Shown here: in pieces, positions 14,351 to 23,371 of the stretch | How positions within the stretch are numbered: position 1 is the stretch's first letter | Layout of the letters: the number at the start of each line of letters is the position of its first letter | Source of the DNA: Alphaproteobacteria bacterium HGW-Alphaproteobacteria-7 | Lineage (GTDB): Bacteria; Pseudomonadota; Alphaproteobacteria; Sphingomonadales; Sphingomonadaceae | DNA length: 64,000 nt | Assembly (NCBI GenBank): GCA_002842735.1 | Contig: PHEB01000020.1 | Location: forward strand, 579 to 64,578 | Direction of reading: 5' to 3' | Made by a program: the position numbers and the translations under genes | The notes under the pieces: generated by a model | What the model saw: the letters and a program-made list of their open reading frames with translations, nothing else | Databases searched by the model: none | What the model was told of the DNA's origin: nothing

Positions 14351-15955
14351 CTATACCCCGGAACGATCGGGAAACACTCCCCGTTCTGGTGTCTGCACTG
14401 ACTCGCCCATTGCTGCCCGGGCGCGCTGCCCGATGGTCGCTTCGGCAACTGGTAGCGCGCGGTAAGCGTAGATCAGCAGAATGAGCGATATCGGTGCCAC
14501 CGCGATCAGCGAAAGAACGCCCATCCGCATGCTTCCGGTCAACTCTGAAATCTGTCCGACCATGTAAGGCCCAATCGCGAGGCCAACCAACGTGGTCGCA
14601 AGAAAGAATGAGGCCGTCGCAGTACCTCGCATCCGCGGGAGAACCAGATCCTGCGTGGTCGCCGCCGCCGCGCCCAGAGCGGTCGCAGCGAATAGGCCAG
14701 CAAGGAAATTCATTACATAGAACAGCGCCGCGTTCTCTGTGGTGAAGCCAACCCATATCGGGATCACCGGGGCGATGATGCCGAACATGATGACGAGAAT
14801 GCGTCCCGATGGATTTCGGACCCGCAGCCAGTCAGACATGCGCCCGCCCAGGATCACTCCGAGGAAGCCGGACACCGCGCCACTGCCGCCGAGCACGAAG
14901 GCGAGTTCTTCCTTCGGCAGCTTGAGCACAGTCTCCGCATAGGGCGCGGCCCAGAACGCCAGCGCATAGGCGCCGAGCGATACGAGCCCATATCCCAGAG
15001 CCGTGCAAATGAAGGCAGGCGTACCCCAGATCAGGCTGAAGGTAGCAGGATCGTGGCGCCGGAGCGTCGCAGCCCAGGAAAACACCGCATAATAGCCGAA
15101 CGCCATGGCCGACCATTGTGGCAAATTGTTAGTCAGCTTGGTCATGATTACCGCAAGGATGACCATGGCAGCCGCCATCGCCAGATTGATCAGCACCGCC
15201 ATGGGGCCACGGCGCATGGCATGGATCAATGTAAACGGCGGGAGTAGCATCGAAAGGTCGGTGAAGAAATCAACCAACGGATGGCGGCCACTCGCATTTT
15301 CTGCGGGCGGTCGAACAGGTTCGCGCAGCGACGCCACCCACAGCGCAAGCAGCAAGCCAGGCAGGCCTACCGCCATGAAGGCGGCCTGCCAGCCAACCAA
15401 CCCACCGATTCCGCCGCCCGGATAGGCCGCGTCCCAGACCTGTGAAATCTTGGCGCCAATAAAAAGGGAGACCCCTCCGCCAAGATACAGGCCGGAGGAA
15501 TAGATTGCCAATGCGGTAGCGCGCTGGCGGGTGGGAAAATAGTCCGAAATTAGCGAATAAGCAGTCGGGCTCGCGGTTGCTTCGCCAACCCCCACCCCCA
15601 TCCGTGCCAGTGACAGCGTAAAATAATTGCGCGCAAGCCCGGATAGCGCGGTCATGGTTGACCACAAGACCAAGCCGATGGTCAGCAGACGCACGCGATG
15701 CCAACGGTCCGCCAGCCGACCCAACGGCACACCGAACAACGCATAGAACACCGCAAAGGCAGCCCCACCCAGGAAACCCAGCTGTCCATCGGTCAGGTCG
15801 AGGTCGCGCTTGATATCGACAGCGAGGATCGAGAGGATCTGCCGATCGATGAAATTGAGGATATAGACCACAACCAACACGCCCAGGACATACCAGCTAT
15901 ATGCGGACGCTGGCGCATCCTCACGGGCCTGCGCCGCAGTTGCTTCCTCGTTCAA
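14351..15955 (-). CDS. MFS transporter (spinster-like subfamily)
   Basis: 534 aa. YILNFIDRQILSILAVDIKRDL, FGVPLGRLADRWHR, multiple TM segments. The start is TTG 15955 with AGGGGA 6 nt upstream; no in-frame ATG is nearby. Confidence 0.85.
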   Translation of the reverse strand: MNEEATAAQAREDAPASAYSWYVLGVLVVVYILNFIDRQILSILAVDIKRDLDLTDGQLGFLGGAAFAVFYALFGVPLGRLADRWHRVRLLTIGLVLWSTMTALSGLARNYFTLSLARMGVGVGEATASPTAYSLISDYFPTRQRATALAIYSSGLYLGGGVSLFIGAKISQVWDAAYPGGGIGGLVGWQAAFMAVGLPGLLLALWVASLREPVRPPAENASGRHPLVDFFTDLSMLLPPFTLIHAMRRGPMAVLINLAMAAAMVILAVIMTKLTNNLPQWSAMAFGYYAVFSWAATLRRHDPATFSLIWGTPAFICTALGYGLVSLGAYALAFWAAPYAETVLKLPKEELAFVLGGSGAVSGFLGVILGGRMSDWLRVRNPSGRILVIMFGIIAPVIPIWVGFTTENAALFYVMNFLAGLFAATALGAAAATTQDLVLPRMRGTATASFFLATTLVGLAIGPYMVGQISELTGSMRMGVLSLIAVAPISLILLIYAYRALPVAEATIGQRARAAMGESVQTPERGVFPDRSGV

Positions 15956-16007
15956 GAATGATCCCCTATCGGTATGGTCTGGTAAAAGATCAGCCAGAAG
16001 GCTGCCG

Positions 16008-16706
16008 TCAGGCGTTATAGGCTGTGCTATCGACTATTCCGGCTTCGGCAAAACCCTTTTTCCGTAAACGGCACGAATCGCACAATCCGCACGCCGCACC
16101 ATCGGGCGTCGGATCGTAGCACGACCAGCTCCACGCCGGGTCAAGCCCAAGCCGTGCGCATTCGCGGGCGATGTCAGCCTTGGTCATGTGCTGGAGCGGG
16201 GCGTGGATCGCGAAGGGCGCGCCCTCAACCCCGGCCTTGGTGCCAAGCCGCGCGGTTTCGGTAAAGCTGGCGATGAATTCAGGCCGGCAATCGGGATAGC
16301 CCGAATAATCAAGCGCATTGACCCCGATGAACACGTCGCGCGCACCCGCCGCTTCGGCGCAGGCTGTGGTTAGCGCGAGAAACACGAGATTGCGCGCAGG
16401 CACATAGGTGACCGGAATATCGTGTCCCACCCCGCCTTTGGGCACATCAATGGCAGCGGTCAGCGCCGATCCGCCGAATGCCCGCAGATCAAGCGATATG
16501 CACGTTTTCCGGGCCAATCCCAGCCGCTCGGCTATCCGCGCCGCGGATTCCAGTTCCAAACGATGACGCTGGCCATAATCCACCGACAGCGCGTGAACCG
16601 CAAAGCCGCGTTCCTGCGCCAGTGCGGCGGTCACCATCGAATCCAGCCCGCCGGATAACAGCACCACAGCAATCGGCTGCACCGAATTGTCTTGAGAACC
16701 AGTCAT
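16008..16706 (-). CDS. queC: 7-cyano-7-deazaguanine synthase
   Basis: VVLLSGGLDSMV, YGQRH, VPARNLVFL, and the C-terminal zinc motif CYDP...CGLCDSCRLR. Confidence 0.93.
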   Translation of the reverse strand: MTGSQDNSVQPIAVVLLSGGLDSMVTAALAQERGFAVHALSVDYGQRHRLELESAARIAERLGLARKTCISLDLRAFGGSALTAAIDVPKGGVGHDIPVTYVPARNLVFLALTTACAEAAGARDVFIGVNALDYSGYPDCRPEFIASFTETARLGTKAGVEGAPFAIHAPLQHMTKADIARECARLGLDPAWSWSCYDPTPDGAACGLCDSCRLRKKGFAEAGIVDSTAYNA

Positions 16707-16751
16707 GCCGCGCGCCCTAACATGGGTGCGCGCAAACGCAATCCGGCCCGC

Positions 16752-17171
16752 TCAACAGCTGCCGGTGCGGCGCGCCTCAGCGACCAGCTGAAACGGCATT
16801 CCATCATGAATGCCCTGGCTTTCGATCTGCACCAGCGCCCCGGTTTCGCGGCGAATGCTGGTGCGGCCATAGCCATTGCCCGGACAGGTGTATTGCACCG
16901 TGACACGCGCGGCGCCATCTTCCACCACGAATTGATTGCAGCCATTTTCCTGGTGCATGATCTGAATCAACTCCGCCCCTGACCGTAGGCAGATTTTGCG
17001 ATCAGGCGCACCATCGCGCTGCTTGATCGTCCATTCGCCCTTGGTCAGGGCACCCAGCATGGCCAGACCCTTGCCCTGCGCCAGCCCCGGCGCGGCCAGC
17101 CACAGCGCCGCTCCAGCCGCGAGACTGCCAAGCGCAAACGCGCGCATCCGGCTGATCGAAATGAGATTCAT
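16752..17171 (-). CDS. hypothetical secreted protein, 4 Cys
   Basis: ATG 17171 with GAGGGAAG upstream. Signal peptide MNLISISRMRAFALGSLAAGAALWLAAPGLAQG. No family recognised. Confidence 0.55.
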   Translation of the reverse strand: MNLISISRMRAFALGSLAAGAALWLAAPGLAQGKGLAMLGALTKGEWTIKQRDGAPDRKICLRSGAELIQIMHQENGCNQFVVEDGAARVTVQYTCPGNGYGRTSIRRETGALVQIESQGIHDGMPFQLVAEARRTGSC

Positions 17172-17257
17172 ACTTCCCTCAATATCCGCTGTTAGCTTAA
17201 CCACGGATGGCACAATTTAGGCATTGGCGCACAATATAGCGAATTTATGACTGGCTG

Positions 17258-18157
17258 TCAGACGGCCAGCGAAAAGGTGCGCGAACAAAACGCGCAGTCG
17301 ACCACGATAATGCCGTCGTCATTGCGCATCTCCTGCTGCTCCTCGGGAGGAAAGCGCGCTATGATTGATGCGTAATGTTCGCTGCTGCACCGGCACCCGC
17401 GCGACAGCGCCGCCCCGGTCTGCACACGCACTTCGTCTTCCTCGTGGAATAATCTCCAGATAATCGCTTCGAGCGACAGCGCGGAATCGAGAAGTTCGTC
17501 ATGGCTGATGGTTCCGGCCAGCACCGCGACATGTTCCCAATCGGGATGGTCAAGCCGAACGTGCAGCCGCTCGCGCCCTTCCTCGCCATCGGCCAGATGC
17601 TGCACCAACAGCCCGGCGGCAGCACGCCCCTTGGCCCCGGCACGGCTGGCCACGCGAATCAGCGTCGGGATCTGTTCGGACTGGCTGAAATAGCTCTCGC
17701 ATGCTTCGGCAAGGCTCGCACCTTCCAGCGGCACAATCCCCTGATACCGCTGATTGCCCTCAGTCTCGAAGGTGATGGCAAGGTAGCCTTCGCCAAACAG
17801 AGCCTCAAGCGTGGGGTTAGCCCCAAGGCGTTCAAGCCGCTCTCCATCGAAATCGACGTAGCCGCGCACCGCGCCCGCGCGGTAATCGCACACCAGCAGT
17901 TTCACGATCCCGCCGCTGGTCTGCGCCTGGATCGTCATCTGCGCGGTTTCGCCTTTGAGCAATCCGCCCATCAGCGCGCCCAGCACCAGCGCTTCGCCGA
18001 GCAGATGCGTGATCGGCGCAGGGTAATCATGCGCCGACAGCACCGCATCGAGCACGCTGTCCATCCGCACCACCCGCCCGCGCGCACTGCGGCCAGGAAG
18101 GGTGAAGCCCATCAGCTTGTCGGAAAAAGTCTCGGTCATTGCGGTCATATCAGCCAT
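17258..18157 (-). CDS. hslO: Hsp33-family redox-regulated chaperone
   Basis: GEALVLGALMGGLLK, YQGIVPLEG, and the C-terminal zinc centre CRCS...CAFC. The start is uncertain (ATG at 18157, 18148 or 18139). The longer track start overlaps argF. Confidence 0.85.
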   Translation of the reverse strand: MADMTAMTETFSDKLMGFTLPGRSARGRVVRMDSVLDAVLSAHDYPAPITHLLGEALVLGALMGGLLKGETAQMTIQAQTSGGIVKLLVCDYRAGAVRGYVDFDGERLERLGANPTLEALFGEGYLAITFETEGNQRYQGIVPLEGASLAEACESYFSQSEQIPTLIRVASRAGAKGRAAAGLLVQHLADGEEGRERLHVRLDHPDWEHVAVLAGTISHDELLDSALSLEAIIWRLFHEEDEVRVQTGAALSRGCRCSSEHYASIIARFPPEEQQEMRNDDGIIVVDCAFCSRTFSLAV

Positions 18158-18210
18158 GGCGGCGCATATGGGGATTGCGGGCAGCCGGGCCAAGACCCCC
18201 GCCGACAGGC

Positions 18211-19161
18211 TCAACTGCCGCCGATGCGTCCGAAACTCCACAGCAACACCGATTTTTGCGCGTGGATGCGGTTTTCCGCTTCATCGAACACGACCGATTG
18301 CGGGCCCTCGAACACATCCTCGCTAACTTCATCGCCAACATGCGCGGGCAGGCAGTGGAGGAACACCGCGTCGGGCTTTGCGGCAGCCATCAGCGCGGCG
18401 TTGATCTGAAACGGCACCATCGCGGACTTCTTTTCCGCAGCATCAGCCTGCCCCATCGAAATCCACGTATCGGTGATCAATACATCGGCCCCGCGCGCCG
18501 CTGCTTGCGCATCCTGCGTCAGCGTCACCGTCGCCCCGCCTGCCCGCGCCAACGCGACGAAGGCCGGATCGGGTTCATACCCCGCAGGCGTTGCCACCCG
18601 CACGTTGAACTTGAACAGGCCTGCGGCTTCGAGGATCGAATGCAGCACGTTGTTGCCATCGCCAAACCATGCGACCTCCAGCCCGGGCAGCGCCTTGCCA
18701 TGTTCGATCATGGTCAGCAGATCGGCGACGATCTGGCAGGGATGCGATTTGTCGGTCAGGCCGTTGATCACCGGAACGGTCGCGTGGCGCGCCATTTCCT
18801 CGATCTTGGCATGATCGTCGGTGCGCAGCATGATGGCATCGACCATCCGGCTCAACACGCGGGCGGTATCGGCGATGCTCTCGCCGCGGCCCAGCTGGCT
18901 GGAGGCCGAATCGAGGATCAGCACGCTGCCGCCCAGCTGCCGCATCGCGATGTCAAAGCTGACACGGGTGCGGGTCGAATTCTTCTCGAACACCAGCGCC
19001 AGCACATGGCCCGCCAGCGGCGCATCGGCATCGGCTGCGCCTTTGGGGCGCCCCGCGCGCGCGGCTTTGCGGTCGATCGCATCGGCAATCATCGCGGCGA
19101 CGTCATCCGCCCCGGCATCCGTCAGATCGAGAAAGTGACGGGCCTGTTTGCCTGTCCCCAT
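18211..19161 (-). CDS. argF: ornithine carbamoyltransferase
   Basis: [39 protein letters not shown] 19161 overlaps the argD stop (TGATG); GTG 19164 is also possible. Confidence 0.92.
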   Translation of the reverse strand: MGTGKQARHFLDLTDAGADDVAAMIADAIDRKAARAGRPKGAADADAPLAGHVLALVFEKNSTRTRVSFDIAMRQLGGSVLILDSASSQLGRGESIADTARVLSRMVDAIMLRTDDHAKIEEMARHATVPVINGLTDKSHPCQIVADLLTMIEHGKALPGLEVAWFGDGNNVLHSILEAAGLFKFNVRVATPAGYEPDPAFVALARAGGATVTLTQDAQAAARGADVLITDTWISMGQADAAEKKSAMVPFQINAALMAAAKPDAVFLHCLPAHVGDEVSEDVFEGPQSVVFDEAENRIHAQKSVLLWSFGRIGGS

Positions 19162-20360
19162 CACGCGGGCTCCGGCACTGTAAAGCTGGCAGCACCTGCC
19201 GACAACTTGTCGAAGAATTCGTCAATCTCGGCATCACCAACCACTAGCGGCGGGATGATGCGGATGGTGTTGTCGCCCGCCGCCACGGTCAGCAGCTGGT
19301 GATGATCGCGCAGGTGGACAAAGAACGGGCGGCTTTCGACGGTCATCTTGAGGCCGAGCATCAGCCCCTTTCCGCGCACCAGTTCGAACAGGTTAGGATA
19401 GTTGCCGATAAACTGTTCGAGCCGGGTGCGTAGCCGCTCGCCCTTTTCGCGCACTGAAGCGAGGAATGCTTCATTGGCGACCGCTTCCATCACCGCCGTC
19501 CCCGCCGCCATCGCCAGCGGATTGCCGCCATAGGTCGATCCGTGAGTGCCCAGGGTCATGCCGCGCGCCGCCTTTTCGGTGGCGATGCAAGCGCCTAGCG
19601 GGAACCCGCCGCCGATGCCCTTGGCGGTCGCCATGATGTCGGGCGTAATCCCGTAATGTTCGTGGGCATAAAGCTTGCCGGTGCGCGCGACGCCGCATTG
19701 CACTTCGTCGAGGATCAGCATCAGATCATGCTCATCCGCCAGCGCGCGCAGGCCCGCCATGAATTCCTGCGATGCGGGACGAATCCCGCCCTCACCCTGA
19801 ATTGGTTCGACCATGAAGCCCGCAGTGTGCGGCCCGATCAGCGCCCTTGCCGCGTCAAGATCGTCGAACGGGGCATATTTGAACCCTTCGAGCAGCGGAG
19901 AAAATCCGTGGTGCATCTTGGTCTGGTTGGATGCACTGATGGTCGCCATCGTGCGACCGTGGAAAGCGTTGTGGAAGGTGATGATCTCAAACCGGCTGGC
20001 ATCGCCCTCATCACCAGCATTCTGGTGATAGGCGCGCGCGGTCTTGATCGCGGTCTCCACCGCCTCGGCACCCGAATTGGTGAAGAACACCGTGTCACCA
20101 AAGGTATTGTCGACCAGCATCTGCGCCAGCCGCTCACCCTGCGGGCTGCCATACAGGTTCGACACATGCATCAGTGTGGCGGCTTGTTGCTGGATCGCAC
20201 CAATCAGCCCTTCGTGCGAGTGGCCGAGCAGGTTGACCGCGATGCCGCTCGCAAAATCAAGGTAACGCGTGCCGTCCTCGTCAATCAGGTGGCAATGCTC
20301 CCCTCGCACGGGCCGCACGCCGCAACGCGGATAGACGGGCATGAGCGGGGTGATCGACAT
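19161..20360 (-). CDS. argD: acetylornithine aminotransferase (class III PLP aminotransferase)
   Basis: [37 protein letters not shown] 20360 has AGGAA 7 nt upstream; the track start 20366 is TTG. Confidence 0.9.
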   Translation of the reverse strand: MSITPLMPVYPRCGVRPVRGEHCHLIDEDGTRYLDFASGIAVNLLGHSHEGLIGAIQQQAATLMHVSNLYGSPQGERLAQMLVDNTFGDTVFFTNSGAEAVETAIKTARAYHQNAGDEGDASRFEIITFHNAFHGRTMATISASNQTKMHHGFSPLLEGFKYAPFDDLDAARALIGPHTAGFMVEPIQGEGGIRPASQEFMAGLRALADEHDLMLILDEVQCGVARTGKLYAHEHYGITPDIMATAKGIGGGFPLGACIATEKAARGMTLGTHGSTYGGNPLAMAAGTAVMEAVANEAFLASVREKGERLRTRLEQFIGNYPNLFELVRGKGLMLGLKMTVESRPFFVHLRDHHQLLTVAAGDNTIRIIPPLVVGDAEIDEFFDKLSAGAASFTVPEPA

Positions 20361-20391
20361 GGGCAAATTCCTGAATTGAGAAACAACAAGG

Positions 20392-20428
20392 TCTGAAACA
20401 CAAATGGCGGCCCTCGAAGAGCCGCCAT
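20392..20428 (-). terminator. candidate intrinsic terminator downstream of the cold-shock gene
   Basis: Minus strand reads ATGGCGGC-tcttcgagg-GCCGCCAT followed by TTGTGTTTC. It lies between the csp-like stop (20491) and the argD start. Confidence 0.5.
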
Positions 20429-20490
20429 CTGCAATCGATTAGTCCTGTGCGAACCCGCGGTCAAACCGGGCGGGGCGCAAGGCGTTTTGG

Positions 20491-21237
20491 TCAGCCTTCG
20501 TGCGGCGAAAGGTTGACGGCCGAGTGCTTGCCCCGTCGGTCAACTTCAAGATCGAACTGATAGCGTTCGCCTTCGTTCAGGGCTGAAAGTCCCGAACGCT
20601 CCACCGCGCTGATGTGCACAAACGCATCGGGCTGGCCATCATCGCGGACGAGGAAGCCGAAGCCCTTCATCGCGTTGAAGAACTTGACCGTGCCGGTCAC
20701 ACGTTCACCCGTCAACTCCCGCGAAGGAGCTGCAGGCTTGGCCGCCACGGCAATGACATCGCCAACAACCTGAAGATCCTGAGCGGAAACCTTTCCGCCG
20801 CGATCCACGAGGTTGTATTGCAGTTCCTGCCCTTCGGCGAGGCCTTCAAGCCCGGCACGTTCCACCGCGCTGATGTGGACGAAGATGTCTTCGCCGCCAC
20901 CTTCCTGCTGGATGAAGCCAAAGCCTTTCTGGACGTTAAAGAACTTCACGATGCCCTTGCCAGTGCCGACGATCTGGGCTGGCATACGGGTAAAACCGCC
21001 GCCGCCTGCACCGCCGCCCGCGCCGCCGCCAGGGCCACCGGGGCCACGCGGCCCACCGCCCGAACGTGGCGCACCGCCGCCTCCACCAAACCTGTCACCG
21101 CCGCCACCGAAGCGGTCTCCTCCGAATTCGCGCGGCGGCGAAAAACCATCGCCATTGCCGCCAAACGGATCGAAGCTTTCTTCGCCAAAGCCGTCGCGCT
21201 TGTCGCGGCCGCGCCGGCGTCCCCTATCGTAACCCAT
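20491..21237 (-). CDS. tandem cold-shock-domain protein with an N-terminal Arg/Gly-rich low-complexity region
   Basis: Two CSDs (GIVKFFNVQKGFGFIQQ...IFVHISAV and GTVKFFNAMKGFGFLVR...AFVHISAV). About 85 N-terminal residues are rich in RGG/FGG (GDRFGGGGDRFGGGGG). An alternative start MPAQIVG at 20985 would remove the extension. Confidence 0.8.
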   Translation of the reverse strand: MGYDRGRRRGRDKRDGFGEESFDPFGGNGDGFSPPREFGGDRFGGGGDRFGGGGGAPRSGGGPRGPGGPGGGAGGGAGGGGFTRMPAQIVGTGKGIVKFFNVQKGFGFIQQEGGGEDIFVHISAVERAGLEGLAEGQELQYNLVDRGGKVSAQDLQVVGDVIAVAAKPAAPSRELTGERVTGTVKFFNAMKGFGFLVRDDGQPDAFVHISAVERSGLSALNEGERYQFDLEVDRRGKHSAVNLSPHEG

Positions 21238-21519
21238 AGATCAGTACGTACCTTGTCACACCGCCCGTCCTCATATGTGCCGGTGACGTGGACAGCGAGC
21301 CGCACCGGACACAGACGCGCCGAGCTTGATACCCGATGCGCACGTAGAGCGCGGTATAGCGCACAAAAAGTCGATTTGCGAACGATTTTACCGGCCTGCG
21401 AGGCGGTGTCGCCTCGCGTTTGCCACAAGGGCGGTCAAGCTGACTGCACGAACGCTTGTGCGCAGGCGCGTGCTTGGGCATGACACGAGCCGGACACGCA
21501 CCGGAAAGCAGCAATAGCC

Positions 21520-21951
21520 ATGAGCAATTTTCGCAAATTAACTGAAAATATTATGGTTAGTCAACAACTTGTACTCTCAGATGTGGCGGCCGCAGCGGGG
21601 TTGGGAGTCGCGCTGATCATCAATAATCGTCCCGATGGCGAAGACCCGGATGCCCCCCAGGGAGACGATATTGCTGCTGCTGCCGCCGCCGCTGGCCTCA
21701 ATTACGCCGCGATTCCGATCGGCCATTCGGGCTTCAGCGAACCGCAAATCGATGCAATGATCGCCGCGCTGGAGCAGGCCGAAGGGCCGATTCTCGCCTA
21801 TTGCCGGTCGGGCACGCGGTCGACTTTTCTGTGGGCGTTGGCCGAAGCGAAGCAGGGCGGCGATCCGGCGACCATCGCACACACTGCAGCGCAGGCGGGC
21901 TATGACGTCAGCCCGATTCGCGCGATGATCGATATGCTCGCCGCGCGCTGA
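21520..21951 (+). CDS. TIGR01244/DUF442 family protein (PTP-like fold, sulfur-transferase/phosphatase-like)
   Basis: IINNRPDGEDPDAPQ, AAIPIGHSG, ILAYCRSGTRST (CX5R loop). Confidence 0.75.
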   Translation: MSNFRKLTENIMVSQQLVLSDVAAAAGLGVALIINNRPDGEDPDAPQGDDIAAAAAAAGLNYAAIPIGHSGFSEPQIDAMIAALEQAEGPILAYCRSGTRSTFLWALAEAKQGGDPATIAHTAAQAGYDVSPIRAMIDMLAAR

Positions 21952-21960
21952 GGTGCTGTG

Positions 21961-22377
21961 ATGGATATTCCCCCGCTGATGCTCCAGACTGCTGGATCGC
22001 TGGCCGCGATCCTTGCGCTGGCGGGTCTTGCATGGTGGCTCAAGCTGGGCGGCGCTCCGGTGCTGGTCGGGGACAGCGACATTCGCCGGGTGGCAGGTGA
22101 AGTTGAGGATGGCTTTGAGCCGCTGGATTGGGCTGTATCGCAGGATCATACCGCCGCACTCGCACGCGATGCCGAGGGGCGAATCATGCTGATCCGGCTT
22201 CACGGCAACCGTTTCGCTGGGCGAATACTTGGCGCCAAAGCTGGCGCACAGGCCGCCGGGGACATACTGACAGTGGGTTGCGGTGAAACTTGGTTCGGCA
22301 AAACCCGCCTCATCATCGCTAATCCAAACCCTTGGGCAGAGGCGATCAACCGGATAAGCGAGCCCTGCCATGCCTGA
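21961..22377 (+). CDS. hypothetical membrane-anchored protein
   Basis: ATG 21961 has AGGTG 5 nt upstream. N-terminal TM segment TAGSLAAILALAGLAWWL. The stop overlaps the next ATG by 8 nt. No family recognised. Confidence 0.5.
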   Translation: MDIPPLMLQTAGSLAAILALAGLAWWLKLGGAPVLVGDSDIRRVAGEVEDGFEPLDWAVSQDHTAALARDAEGRIMLIRLHGNRFAGRILGAKAGAQAAGDILTVGCGETWFGKTRLIIANPNPWAEAINRISEPCHA

Positions 22378-23347
22378 TTTCAACCCCACCCAATATGCCG
22401 TGCCGCTATTCGTGGTCGCGGTGCTGGTTGAAATGATCTGGGCCAAACTGCGCGCGCCCGAAGCCTACGAGCCCAAAGATACGCTGATCAGCCTGTCTTT
22501 CGGGCTGGGTTCGACCATCGCTGGCGCGCTGCTGGGCGGGTTCGCGCTCGCTGCATTTATCGAAGCCTACCAGTATCGCCTGTTCGATTTCGGCCCGCAG
22601 TGGTGGGCGGTTTGGTGGGCGTGGCCGGTTTGCTTCGTGCTCGATGATCTCGCCTATTACTGGGTTCACCGCGCCGGACACCGCATCCGCTGGATGTGGG
22701 CTGCCCACGTCAACCACCATTCTTCGCAGCACTACAACCTGTCGACCGCGCTGCGACAAAGCTGGACTGGCGCGCTGACCTTTGGGTTTCTGTTCGCGGT
22801 GCCGCTGGTGCTGCTGGGCTTTCACCCGGCGATGATCGCGATCTGTAGCGGGTTCAACCTCATCTATCAGTTCTGGATCCATACTGAGGCGATCAAGCGG
22901 ATGCCGCGCTGGTTCGAAGCGGTGATGAACACGCCGAGCCACCACCGCGTCCACCACGCCACCAACCCGCGCTATCTTGACCGCAATTACGCGGGCGTGT
23001 TCATCATCTGGGACAAGCTTTTCGGCACCTTTGAACCCGAAGTGGATGACGAGGCGATCCGTTACGGCATCGTCAAACAGCTCGGCAGTTTCAACCTGTT
23101 GTGGGCGGTGTTCCACGAATGGATCGGGATGCTGTCCGACATCTGGCGTAGCCCCTGGCGGCATAAGCTTAGTTACCTGCTGCGCGAACCCGGCTGGAGC
23201 CATGATGGCAGCCGCGAAACATCGGACATGATCCGCGCGCGGTGGAAATCACGCATGGGGCAGGCCCACATCGGGGATGAGGCCGCACCTGCCACAGCAT
23301 CAGTTGCGACTCGAAACCCGATTGCAGCGGGCAGCGAACCTGCCTAG
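22370..23347 (+). CDS. fatty acid hydroxylase / sterol desaturase superfamily membrane protein
   Basis: Histidine boxes HRAGH, HVNHHSSQH, HHRVHH. Several TM segments. Confidence 0.85.
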   Translation: MPDFNPTQYAVPLFVVAVLVEMIWAKLRAPEAYEPKDTLISLSFGLGSTIAGALLGGFALAAFIEAYQYRLFDFGPQWWAVWWAWPVCFVLDDLAYYWVHRAGHRIRWMWAAHVNHHSSQHYNLSTALRQSWTGALTFGFLFAVPLVLLGFHPAMIAICSGFNLIYQFWIHTEAIKRMPRWFEAVMNTPSHHRVHHATNPRYLDRNYAGVFIIWDKLFGTFEPEVDDEAIRYGIVKQLGSFNLLWAVFHEWIGMLSDIWRSPWRHKLSYLLREPGWSHDGSRETSDMIRARWKSRMGQAHIGDEAAPATASVATRNPIAAGSEPA

Positions 23348-23371
23348 TCTCCCCCGCCAAAGGGAGAGATC

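Noticed and set aside
18139-19302. 387-aa plus-strand ORF opposite argF/argD.
   Set aside because: It is a shadow ORF of well-supported minus-strand genes, with an Arg/His/Gly-rich composition.
20813-21232. Proline-rich plus-strand ORF (PPPAPPPAPPPGPPGP...).
   Set aside because: It is the mirror image of the Gly-rich coding region of the cold-shock gene on the minus strand.
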